Assembly (NCBI GenBank): GCA_024683485.1
Contig: JAIKYD010000118.1
Span: 4,188 to 68,187, forward strand
DNA length: 64,000 bases
Origin: Saccharofermentans sp.
GTDB lineage: Bacteria; Bacillota; Clostridia; Saccharofermentanales; Saccharofermentanaceae
Direction: 5' to 3'
Each line of letters starts with the position of its first letter. Position 1 is the stretch's first letter. Made by a program: the position numbers and the translations under genes. Below, piece after piece: positions 19,898-28,988 of this stretch. The notes below the pieces were generated by a model, which saw only the letters and a program-made list of their open reading frames with translations, searched no databases and was not told the origin of the DNA.

Positions 19898-22042
19898 ATG
19901 TCATTATTAACATCTTCCTGGTTAATCGTACTCGGCGTAGTTGTGCTTGCACTTGTCTACGTTGCGTTCAACTACTTCCGTATTAAGAAGATGCCCGAAG
20001 GAACACCTGAGATGATCGAATTGTCAGGCATCATCCGTTCCGGCGCGCAGACATTCCTTAAGACGGAATACAAGAGCATCACCATCGTTGTGGCTGCGGT
20101 CGCAGTTATCTTCACACTCTTTGTTGAGAAGACAAGTGGTATCACATTCCTCATCGGTGCTTTGATGAGCTCTATCGTATGCGTTCTCGGTATGCAGAGC
20201 GCTACATACGCTAACGTTCGCACATCGAACAAGGCAAGAGAGAGCCTTTCAATCGGAGAGACAGTTAAGGTTGCTCTCTGCGGCGGTTCCATCAGCGGAC
20301 TCGCAGTTCAGGGCTTCGGTATGCTGGGCTTCCTGGCAGTTCTCCTTTGCTTCGGCGGCGTTCAGCATGACGCTGAGAGCCAGGGATTGGTTCAGATCGG
20401 ACTTATCTGCAACCCCTACATTATGAGAATCTCAACATATTCACTCGGCTGCTCCATTGTTGCTATGTTCAACCGTGTTGCAGGTGGTAACTACACAAAG
20501 GCAGCTGATATTTCTTCAGATATCCTTGGTAAGCTCAGACATGACCTTCCTGAGGATGACTCAAGAATCCCTAACACTATTGCAGACTTCATCGGCGACA
20601 ACGTTAACGATATCGCCGGCAACTGCTCCGACCTCTTGGAGTCATTCGTTGCTACAATGTCTGCTTCCATCATGATCTCTGTTACTCTCTTCAAGACAGC
20701 TCTTGCTGAGGGTGAGACACAGGTTACTGATGCAACATTCAATGCCACGATCCTTTTCCCCGTTATCCTCGCAGGATGTGGCCTCGTAGGATGTCTTATC
20801 GGTCTGGGTCTTGCTAACATCAAGAAGATGGGTGACAATCCGTCAAGAGAGCTCGACCTCTCCACTTGGATCTCCGCAGGATGCACCATTGTTTTCGGTG
20901 GTATCGCTTCCTACTTTATCTTCAAGGATGTCCCTCTCTATACTGAATTCAAGCTCGGCTGGGCTTCCCCTTGGGTTTCTTCCATCATGGGCATCGTATC
21001 CGGTATTGCTATTGGTATCATCACAGAGTACTACACATCAACAGATCACAAGCCTACACAGAAGATCGCTGAAATGTGCACAGAAGGTGAGGCCTTCGTT
21101 GTTACAAAGGGTGACGCTGTAGGTTCAAGATCAGTTCTTCTTCCTGTACTCGTTATCATCATCGCTTTGATCGTTTCAGGTATCATCGGCGGTTCTTACG
21201 GTATCGCAATCTCCGCTCTCGGTATGCTTGCATTCGTTGGTGCTACGGTTTCCATCGATGCTTTCGGTCCTATCGCAGACAACGCAGGCGGACTTGCAGA
21301 AGCTTGCCACCTCGCACCTGATGTTCGTAAGATTACAGATAAGCTCGATGCTGTTGGTAACACAACAGCAGCTATCGGTAAGGGCTTCGCTATCGGTTCT
21401 GCAGCATTCGCTACAGTTTCCCTCATCATGGCTTACGTAGGCAGCTACTCCGGTGATGTTGCAGTACCTGTACTCAACTTCGCTACATTCTTCGTTGTTG
21501 CAGGCGGTATCCTCGGTGGTGCTCTCGTTGAGTACTTCAGCGCTATCCTTACAGACAACACGATCGACGCAGCTAAGATCATGGCTGATGTCGGCGACAA
21601 GCAGATGACACAGGAAGTACTTGCAGGCAAGGCTAAGCCTGACTACAACATGATGATCGCCATGGCTGCTAAGGAAGCTATCCGCAGAATGGTTATCCCT
21701 TCTGTCCTCGCTCTCCTTATCCCTGTAGTCGGAGGCTTCATTCTCGGACCTGAGTTCGTAGGCGGTATCCTCGTAGGTGCTACGATCGTTGCCATCCCGA
21801 GAGCTATCTTCATGGGTAACTCCGGCGGTGCATTCGACAACGCCAAGAAATACATTGAGCAGGGTATGCTCAAGGGTCATGCAAAGGGATCTCCTGCGCA
21901 CAAGGCAGCTGTTACCGGTGATACGATCGGTGACACACGTAAGGACGTTGTTGGCGTTGCTCTGGACATCTTCATCAAGCTTATGTCCACAGTTGCAAAT
22001 ACAATCTCTCCTATCATCAGCAGATATCATATCTTCAAGTAA
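19898..22042 (+). CDS. hppA: Membrane-integral pyrophosphatase, probably K+-dependent and Na+-pumping (divergent)
   Basis: YTKAAD, TEYYT, GPIADNAGG, GNTTAA and DNAKK motifs; many TM helices; ATG at 19898 follows GAGGGG. Confidence 0.9.
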   Translation: MSLLTSSWLIVLGVVVLALVYVAFNYFRIKKMPEGTPEMIELSGIIRSGAQTFLKTEYKSITIVVAAVAVIFTLFVEKTSGITFLIGALMSSIVCVLGMQSATYANVRTSNKARESLSIGETVKVALCGGSISGLAVQGFGMLGFLAVLLCFGGVQHDAESQGLVQIGLICNPYIMRISTYSLGCSIVAMFNRVAGGNYTKAADISSDILGKLRHDLPEDDSRIPNTIADFIGDNVNDIAGNCSDLLESFVATMSASIMISVTLFKTALAEGETQVTDATFNATILFPVILAGCGLVGCLIGLGLANIKKMGDNPSRELDLSTWISAGCTIVFGGIASYFIFKDVPLYTEFKLGWASPWVSSIMGIVSGIAIGIITEYYTSTDHKPTQKIAEMCTEGEAFVVTKGDAVGSRSVLLPVLVIIIALIVSGIIGGSYGIAISALGMLAFVGATVSIDAFGPIADNAGGLAEACHLAPDVRKITDKLDAVGNTTAAIGKGFAIGSAAFATVSLIMAYVGSYSGDVAVPVLNFATFFVVAGGILGGALVEYFSAILTDNTIDAAKIMADVGDKQMTQEVLAGKAKPDYNMMIAMAAKEAIRRMVIPSVLALLIPVVGGFILGPEFVGGILVGATIVAIPRAIFMGNSGGAFDNAKKYIEQGMLKGHAKGSPAHKAAVTGDTIGDTRKDVVGVALDIFIKLMSTVANTISPIISRYHIFK

Positions 22043-22066
22043 TAGCTTGAGTTAATTTGCGTAAAC

Positions 22067-22101
22067 AGGCGGCTGTCTTCCAGGGCAGCCGCTTTACTTT
22101 T
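22067..22101 (+). terminator. Intrinsic terminator after hppA
   Basis: GCGGCTGTC-TTCCA-GGGCAGCCGC-TTTACTTTT. Confidence 0.75.
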
Positions 22102-22248
22102 CGGGATGCATATCGAAAATAAGACAAATCCCTTTACAAACAAGGGATCAGATGGTATCATCACCAAGTTGCCTTAATCGCAGTTTTGCGGAAGACTCCG
22201 ACCCTTAACTTCGATTCCGGCGTATTTATTCTAAAGGAGGAAAGATTA

Positions 22249-22515
22249 ATGTCAGCATCTTTCGACAAGCAGGCTATCATCAAGGAATATGCTCTCACAG
22301 AGGGCGATACAGGTTCTCCTGAGGTTCAGGTTGCACTTCTTACTTACAGAATAAACCACCTCACAGAACATCTCAAGACCCACAAGGGTGACCACCACAG
22401 CAGAAGAGGACTTCTCATGATGGTTGGTAAGAGAAGAAACATCCTTGACTATCTTGCAGCAATCGATATCGAGCGTTACAGATCTTTGATCGCAAGACTC
22501 GGCATCAGAAAGTAA
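22249..22515 (+). CDS. rpsO: 30S ribosomal protein S15
   Basis: [23 protein letters not shown]; AAAGGAGG RBS. Confidence 0.98.
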   Translation: MSASFDKQAIIKEYALTEGDTGSPEVQVALLTYRINHLTEHLKTHKGDHHSRRGLLMMVGKRRNILDYLAAIDIERYRSLIARLGIRK

Positions 22516-22537
22516 TCTTTCAAACAGATTATTTGGA

Positions 22538-22565
22538 AAGCGGTTCCTTATGGGGCCGCTTTTTT
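22538..22565 (+). terminator. Intrinsic terminator after rpsO
   Basis: AAGCGGTTCC-TTATG-GGGCCGCTT followed by a T-run. Confidence 0.75.
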
Positions 22566-22633
22566 GTTCATCAGCAGGCAAGTTAGTCCCGCTAATGTTA
22601 TAATTAATAATCAGTTTTTGGGGAGGTATTACA

Positions 22634-24562
22634 ATGCTTGACGGTTTTATCAGAGTGGCGGCGGCAAGTCCGAAGGTCAGGGTAGGCGATGTTGATTACA
22701 ATGTTGAAGAGACTGTCAGGCTTGCAAGAAAAGCTGCAGAGAATAATTGTGCGGTCGTTGTTTTCCCGGAACTGGGATTAACCGGATATACATGCGGGGA
22801 TCTGTTTTTGCAGAATGCGCTGCTTGATAAGGCGGTTGAAGGGTTATACGTTCTGGCTGATCAGACTGCTGATCTTAATACTGTTATAATCGCAGGCCTT
22901 CCTTATCTGCTCGGCGGCAAGCTTTACAATGTTGCTGCTGTTATCCACCAGGGTGATATCATCGGTATCGTTCCGAAGCAGAATATTCCCAATCATTCAG
23001 AATTCTATGAACTGAGGCATTTCGTTCCTTATGAGGATGAGGGGATCATCATGACCGGTGATGATATATGTTTCGGCAGAGCGGTATTTAATTGCGGCGG
23101 ATTCAGTTTTGGAGTTGAGATATGTGAAGACCTCTGGGTAGCTTCCAGTCCTTCCGTTGATTATGTGAAGAACGGGGCGGAGATCATATTCAACCTTTCG
23201 TGCTCAGACGAGATAATAGGCAAGGCAAAATTCAGAAGGGATCTTGTCAAGATGCAGAGTGCCAAGCTAATGGCTGCGTATCTGTACTGCGATGCCGGAC
23301 TGGGTGAATCGACACAGGACCTTGTTTTCGCAGGGCATAATCTTATTGCGGAGAATGGCAAGATCCTGAGCGAGAGTAAGCGGTTTGCAAATAACAATGA
23401 TGAGGATGCGGTCATATATGCTGATGTCGATCTTGAGAGGATAAGGGCCGACAGGAGAAGGACCAATACATTCGTTTCTGATAACACCGGATATAACGGT
23501 GTTGACATAATTGAGTTTGATGCGGAGTTCCCGGATATCAAGCCTGTAAGGAAGATCAGCAGGACACCTTTCGTACCTGAGAGCAAGGATGATCTTGCCG
23601 CAAGATGTGAAGACATACTCTCGATGCAGGCGGCAGGGCTTTATACAAGAATGAATGCAATAGGCAGCAACAAGGCCATAATCGGACTGTCTGGCGGATT
23701 GGATTCCACGCTTGCACTGATAGTGACGATACACGCTTTTGATAAACTTGGTCTGGACCGTAAAAACATCATAGCTATCACTATGCCGGGCTTTGGCACG
23801 ACAGTAAGAACAAAGAATAATTCGATGAACATCGCAGAGGAGTATGGCTGTACATTGAAGGAGATATCAATTTCCGAAGCGGTTACCCAGCACTTCAGAG
23901 ATATCGGACATGATATTGATGTTCACGATATAACATACGAGAATTCACAGGCCAGGGAACGCACCCAGATCCTTATGGATATGGCAAATCAGGAACGTGG
24001 TCTCGTTATAGGTACCGGAGATCTTTCAGAACTTGCTCTTGGCTGGGCGACTTATAACGGCGACCACATGTCAATGTATGGTGTCAACTGCTCCATTCCC
24101 AAGACGCTGGTCAGATATCTCGTATCTTACGAATCATCCAGGACTGCGGATACGAATCCCGCACTGTCAAAAGCGCTTGCAGACATTGTTGACACGCCGG
24201 TATCGCCTGAGCTTCTGCCGCCTACCGAGGACGGCAAGATATCCCAGAAGACTGAGGAAACTGTAGGTCCTTATGAGCTTCACGATTTCTTCCTTTATTA
24301 CATGATCAGATACGGTTTTACTCCTTCGAAAATATACCGTCTGGCTAATATAGCATTTGAAGGTGCATATGATCCGGATACGATATACAAGTGGGAGGAG
24401 ACGTTCCTTAGAAGGTTCTTTACCCAGCAGTTCAAGAGATCCTGTGTACCTGACGGTCCCAAGGTCGGTACGGTATCACTGTCACCTAGAGGTGACTGGA
24501 GAATGCCTTCAGATGCATCCAGAAATGTATGGCTAGATGACTTAAAGACAGTAAAGGAATGA
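22634..24562 (+). CDS. nadE: Glutamine-dependent NAD+ synthetase
   Basis: Nitrilase-type domain (FPEL, EICEDLW) plus synthetase motifs SGGLDST and ENSQARER. Confidence 0.95.
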   Translation: MLDGFIRVAAASPKVRVGDVDYNVEETVRLARKAAENNCAVVVFPELGLTGYTCGDLFLQNALLDKAVEGLYVLADQTADLNTVIIAGLPYLLGGKLYNVAAVIHQGDIIGIVPKQNIPNHSEFYELRHFVPYEDEGIIMTGDDICFGRAVFNCGGFSFGVEICEDLWVASSPSVDYVKNGAEIIFNLSCSDEIIGKAKFRRDLVKMQSAKLMAAYLYCDAGLGESTQDLVFAGHNLIAENGKILSESKRFANNNDEDAVIYADVDLERIRADRRRTNTFVSDNTGYNGVDIIEFDAEFPDIKPVRKISRTPFVPESKDDLAARCEDILSMQAAGLYTRMNAIGSNKAIIGLSGGLDSTLALIVTIHAFDKLGLDRKNIIAITMPGFGTTVRTKNNSMNIAEEYGCTLKEISISEAVTQHFRDIGHDIDVHDITYENSQARERTQILMDMANQERGLVIGTGDLSELALGWATYNGDHMSMYGVNCSIPKTLVRYLVSYESSRTADTNPALSKALADIVDTPVSPELLPPTEDGKISQKTEETVGPYELHDFFLYYMIRYGFTPSKIYRLANIAFEGAYDPDTIYKWEETFLRRFFTQQFKRSCVPDGPKVGTVSLSPRGDWRMPSDASRNVWLDDLKTVKE

Positions 24563-24565
24563 GAT

Positions 24566-25198
24566 ATGAAATCGATAGTTTGTTTTGGCGACTCAAATAC
24601 ATACGGACACAATCCTCTTAACGGAGAGAGGCTTCCCGAGACAGTAAGGTGGACATGTCTTCTTCAGGGACTTCTTGGCGATAGTTTCAAAGTCATTGAA
24701 GAGGGACTTAACGGAAGGACAACTGTTTTCGATGATCCAAATGATGACTGGAAGAACGGTGTCGATTACATTAAGGGAATCCTTTGTACGCACAGACCTG
24801 TCGATTATCTTGTCATCATGCTCGGAACGAACGATATGAAGACTGTTTACAATGCCTCTCTGGATGCAATATCCGAAGGCCTTAACGAGATCATTAAGAA
24901 GGCTGAGAGCGTAATGAATATCAAACAGGGTTATGTTCCTAAGATCCTTATCGTGTCACCACCGGAAATAACACCCGATATTCTGACAGGACCTTTCTGT
25001 GATTCGTTTAATGAGGTCTCGATCGAGAAATCAAGGCACATTGCTGAATATTATAAGAAAGTCGCAGACAAGCACGGCTGCATGTTCCTTGATGCCAAGC
25101 TCTATATCAAGCCTTCAGTGGAAGATGGTCTTCATCTTGGTCCTGATGGCCACAAGGGACTGGCGGAGATTATAGCCAAGACTATAAAGGAATCATAA
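24566..25198 (+). CDS. SGNH/GDSL hydrolase
   Basis: FGDSNT, GLNGRTT, LGTND and DGLH blocks. Confidence 0.92.
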   Translation: MKSIVCFGDSNTYGHNPLNGERLPETVRWTCLLQGLLGDSFKVIEEGLNGRTTVFDDPNDDWKNGVDYIKGILCTHRPVDYLVIMLGTNDMKTVYNASLDAISEGLNEIIKKAESVMNIKQGYVPKILIVSPPEITPDILTGPFCDSFNEVSIEKSRHIAEYYKKVADKHGCMFLDAKLYIKPSVEDGLHLGPDGHKGLAEIIAKTIKES

Positions 25199-25303
25199 TC
25201 CGGTTCAAATCCATATTGAACTTGAGCGAAAAGCATTATTATGCGCGTATTTATATGCGTGTTTGTCTTATTGCGCTTTTAGTATATAATTATTAGGTTC
25301 GAG

Positions 25304-25383
25304 AAGGAGAGTAGTGTGTAGATTGACTGCCCGGACACAGAGCACCGGTTTGCCCGGACAGTGAATCTACGAACTACCTCCTT
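25304..25383 (+). promoter_or_regulatory. Long 5'-UTR stem-loop of pnp (probable RNase III/PNPase autoregulatory leader)
   Basis: AAGGAG-a-GTAGT-gt-GTAGATT-g-ACTG-c-CCGG pairs with CCGG-a-CAGT-g-AATCTAC-ga-ACTAC-CTCCTT; lies downstream of TATAAT at 25285. Confidence 0.65.
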
Positions 25384-25419
25384 TACCAAAAATCATTTTT
25401 TTCGAAAAAGGAGTTTTAG

Positions 25420-27669
25420 ATGGAAAAGATTTTCAGAACTGAAATCGCCGGCAGACCGTTGGTAGTCGAGACCGGTAAGATCGCACAGTTTGCAAACGGT
25501 TCCGCACTCGTAAGATACGGTGAGACAACTGTGCTTTCAACAGCAACTGCAAGTGCAACACCCCGTGAGGGAATCGATTTCTTCCCGCTTTCAGTTGATT
25601 ATGAGGAGAAGATGTATGCAGTAGGCAAGATGCCCGGTGGCTTCCTCAAGAGAGAGGGAAGACCTGGCGAGAAGGCTATCCTTGTATCACGTGTTATCGA
25701 CCGTCCTATCAGACCTTTGTTCCCGAAGGATCTGAGAAATGATGTTTGTGTCAACAACCTTGTTATGTCTGTTGACCCTGACTGCTCTCCCGAGATCACG
25801 GCTATGCTCGGAACATCTATTGCAATCGCTATTTCCGATATCCCTTGGAAGGGGCCTGTCGGTGGTGTTGTATTAGGCCTTATCGACGGAAAGACCATTA
25901 TCAACCCTACACTTGAGCAGCGTGAAGTTTCACAGATGTATGTAACACTTGCCGGTACACTCAGCAAGATCTGCATGGTAGAGGCTGGTGCCAACGAAGT
26001 TCCCGATGATGTAATGCTTAATGCTATTGCAGAAGGTCACGAGGTAATCAAGCAGATCTGCGAGTTCATCAACAGAATCGTTGCCGAGATCGGCAAAGAG
26101 AAGTTCACTTACGAGTCAGCTGATGTACCGGAAGAGATCTTCGAAGCTGTTATGGAATATGGCTGGGACAAGATGCGTGCAGCTGTTCTATCCAAGGACA
26201 AGGAAGTAAGAGATGCAAATGTTGCCGCACTCCAGGAAGAAGTTGCTGCTCTCCTCGAAGAGAAGGAAGAGGGTCTTTCCAAGTGGGCACCTGACGCTAT
26301 CTACAAGCTCGAGAAGAAGGTCGTAAGAGACTATCTCTTCCGTGAGCATGTCAGAGTTGACGGCAGAGCTTTGGATGAGATCAGACCTTTGTCATGCGCA
26401 GTTGGCGTACTTCCCAGAGTTCACGGTTCTTCTTTCTTCCAGAGAGGCCAGACACAGGTAATGAATATCTGTACTCTTGCTCCTCTTGATGATGCACAGA
26501 AGCTCGAAGGTTTGGATGAACAGACTTATAAGAGATATATGCACCACTACAACTTCCCGGGTTATTCCACAGGTGAGGCTAAGCCTTCCAAGTCACCCGG
26601 AAGACGTGAGATCGGACACGGTGCTCTTGCAGAGAGATCACTTATTCCTGTTCTTCCTTCAGAAGAAGAGTTCCCTTACTCGATCAGAACTGTATCTGAG
26701 ATTACGATGAGTAACGGTTCAACATCACAGGGTTCCGTTTGCGCATCCACACTTTCGCTTATGGACGCAGGCGTTCCGATCAAGAGACCTGTAGCAGGTA
26801 TCTCTTCAGGACTTATCACAGATCCTGACAACGATGATAATTTCCTCGTATTTATGGATATTCAGGGTATTGAGGACTTCTTCGGCGATATGGACTTCAA
26901 GGTTGCAGGTACTACTGAAGGTATCACATCCATCCAGGTTGATATCAAGGTTGAAGGTCTTACATTGGATATCATCAAGGCTGCTTTTGAGATGACTCAC
27001 AAGGGAAGACTTCAGATCATCAACGACATAATCCTTCCTTGCATTCCTGAACCCCGTCCGGAACTCAACAAGTGGGCTCCGCGTATCATCTCGATGCAGG
27101 TGCCTGTTGACAAGATCAGAGAAGTTATCGGTTCAGGCGGAAAGGTCATCAACAAGATCATTGCTGACACCGGTGCAGAGATCAACATCAACGATGACGG
27201 TATGGTCTACATCTCCACACCTGATCTCGAGAAGGCTGAGAAGGCAAAGATGATCATCAACGGAATCATTTCTGATCCTGAGGTAGGAACAGAGTACGAC
27301 GGTGTTGTAACAAGACTTATGGACTTCGGAGCTTTCGTTGAGTTCCTGCCTGGCAAGGAAGGTCTCGTACATATCTCCAAGATGGCATGGAACAGAGTTG
27401 ACAAGGTCGAAGATGTTCTCCACGAGGGTGATAAGGTACACGTTAAGCTGATCGAGATCGACTCCCAGGGAAGACTCAACCTCTCGATCCGTGACTGCCT
27501 GCCCAAGCCTGAAGGCTTCGTAGAGGAAGAACCCAGAAGAAGAGAGGGAAGACCCAACCGCGAGAGAAGAGGCGGATTTGCCGGCAGAAACGGTGGCAGA
27601 AGAAACTTTGGTGATGACGAGGGCGAGGCAGCTCACGAGAATCCCAAGGGAAGAAGAAGAGAATTCTGA
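25420..27669 (+). CDS. pnp: Polyribonucleotide nucleotidyltransferase
   Basis: DFFPLSVDYEE, RREIGHG, SNGSTS, DMDFKVAG; KH and S1 domains. Confidence 0.98.
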   Translation: MEKIFRTEIAGRPLVVETGKIAQFANGSALVRYGETTVLSTATASATPREGIDFFPLSVDYEEKMYAVGKMPGGFLKREGRPGEKAILVSRVIDRPIRPLFPKDLRNDVCVNNLVMSVDPDCSPEITAMLGTSIAIAISDIPWKGPVGGVVLGLIDGKTIINPTLEQREVSQMYVTLAGTLSKICMVEAGANEVPDDVMLNAIAEGHEVIKQICEFINRIVAEIGKEKFTYESADVPEEIFEAVMEYGWDKMRAAVLSKDKEVRDANVAALQEEVAALLEEKEEGLSKWAPDAIYKLEKKVVRDYLFREHVRVDGRALDEIRPLSCAVGVLPRVHGSSFFQRGQTQVMNICTLAPLDDAQKLEGLDEQTYKRYMHHYNFPGYSTGEAKPSKSPGRREIGHGALAERSLIPVLPSEEEFPYSIRTVSEITMSNGSTSQGSVCASTLSLMDAGVPIKRPVAGISSGLITDPDNDDNFLVFMDIQGIEDFFGDMDFKVAGTTEGITSIQVDIKVEGLTLDIIKAAFEMTHKGRLQIINDIILPCIPEPRPELNKWAPRIISMQVPVDKIREVIGSGGKVINKIIADTGAEININDDGMVYISTPDLEKAEKAKMIINGIISDPEVGTEYDGVVTRLMDFGAFVEFLPGKEGLVHISKMAWNRVDKVEDVLHEGDKVHVKLIEIDSQGRLNLSIRDCLPKPEGFVEEEPRRREGRPNRERRGGFAGRNGGRRNFGDDEGEAAHENPKGRRREF

Positions 27670-27699
27670 TAGTTAAATAATTTATAAAGGGGTGATACC

Positions 27700-28809
27700 A
27701 TGGCAGAGAACTTGGAAAACACAGAACAGATCGATGTGATCACAGAAGGACAAACAGAGGACGTTACTGATAAGAAGTGTCCGAATTGCGGCGCTACTGT
27801 TGTTTACGATCCTGAGACTCTTGCCATGACTTGCCCGTTCTGCGGCTATTCAAGGCAGCTTCCCAAGCCTGAGGATAACGGACAGGATGTAGAAGAGCTT
27901 GATTTCTCTTCTGCCAAGAACCGTGAGAGCCTTGACTGGGGTAAAGAGAAGAAGTCACTGGTCTGCAAGAACTGCGGTGCAGAGACCATTATGGATTCCG
28001 CAGATACAGCTCAGTGCTGCCCTTACTGCGGATCTACACAGGTCATGCCAGTTGATAACGACGAGGATGTCGTTGCTCCTGGCGGCGTTGTTCCTTTCGA
28101 GATCACAAAGGAAAAGGCAGCCCAGCTCTTCAAGGGCTGGATGAAGGGCAAGCTCTTTGCACCCAACGAAGCTAAGCAGAGCTGTGAAGCCAAGAACTTC
28201 AACGGTGTCTATCTCCCTTACTGGACATACGATTCACAGACAACTTCACCCTATGAGATCAAGCTGGGTTTCAACTCCAAGGACAAGGACGGTAATGTAA
28301 AAACAACATACAGGACATACCGCGGAATCTATGAGCGTTTCATTGATGATGAGACTGTATATGCCAGCAAGAAGACAACAAACCGTTTTATCAAGGCTGC
28401 ATCTACATTCGATTTCAGCAAACTCCGCAAGTATTCACCTGAATTCATCGCCGGTTTCCTTGCTGAACGTTATACGGTAGGTCTTGACGAAGGTTGGGAT
28501 ATCGCCAAGGATCAGATCAAGAAGACATTGAGCAGCGAGATCTCCAGCATGGAGAAGAAGAAGCGTAAGGCTGACAGTGTATCAAAGCTGACATTCAACA
28601 CCGCTTATTCCAAGGTAACTTATAAGTACGTTCTTGCTCCTATCTGGATTGCTAATTTCAAGTTCAAGGAGAAGGTTTACAACATCGTTATCAATGGTCA
28701 GACCGGTCAGATCAGAGGCGAGGCTCCGGTATCTCCTGCAAAGGTTGCTATCGCGATCGGTATCGCAGTTGCAGTACTTATCGTTTTGTGGTTCCTGCTT
28801 ACAAGATAA
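27700..28809 (+). CDS. Double zinc-ribbon protein with C-terminal membrane anchor, function unknown
   Basis: Four CxxC pairs (CPNC, CPFC, CKNC, CPYC), YLPYW, NGQTG and a C-terminal TM helix. Confidence 0.7.
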   Translation: MAENLENTEQIDVITEGQTEDVTDKKCPNCGATVVYDPETLAMTCPFCGYSRQLPKPEDNGQDVEELDFSSAKNRESLDWGKEKKSLVCKNCGAETIMDSADTAQCCPYCGSTQVMPVDNDEDVVAPGGVVPFEITKEKAAQLFKGWMKGKLFAPNEAKQSCEAKNFNGVYLPYWTYDSQTTSPYEIKLGFNSKDKDGNVKTTYRTYRGIYERFIDDETVYASKKTTNRFIKAASTFDFSKLRKYSPEFIAGFLAERYTVGLDEGWDIAKDQIKKTLSSEISSMEKKKRKADSVSKLTFNTAYSKVTYKYVLAPIWIANFKFKEKVYNIVINGQTGQIRGEAPVSPAKVAIAIGIAVAVLIVLWFLLTR

Positions 28810-28836
28810 TAAGTAATCTTTAAACTAATCAAATTC

Positions 28837-28878
28837 AAGGCTGTTCCAATGTGTCAAAACACGGCGGAACAGCCTTTT
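28837..28878 (+). terminator. Intrinsic terminator
   Basis: AAGGCTGTTCC...GGAACAGCCTTTTT. Confidence 0.7.
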
Positions 28879-28988
28879 TGGTGACATATTTGTGTTTTTT
28901 TGTCCAAATTTATGTGTTTCTCTTGAAATCTTTACAAAATGTTCATAGAATTAGCCTGTTAAATTCTTTTAATTTTTGAGGAGCCACT

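Noticed and set aside
21176-22030. 284-aa antisense ORF inside hppA, and similar ones inside smc, pnp, proA and atp genes
   Set aside because: Expected from strong codon bias of the sense gene; no motifs.
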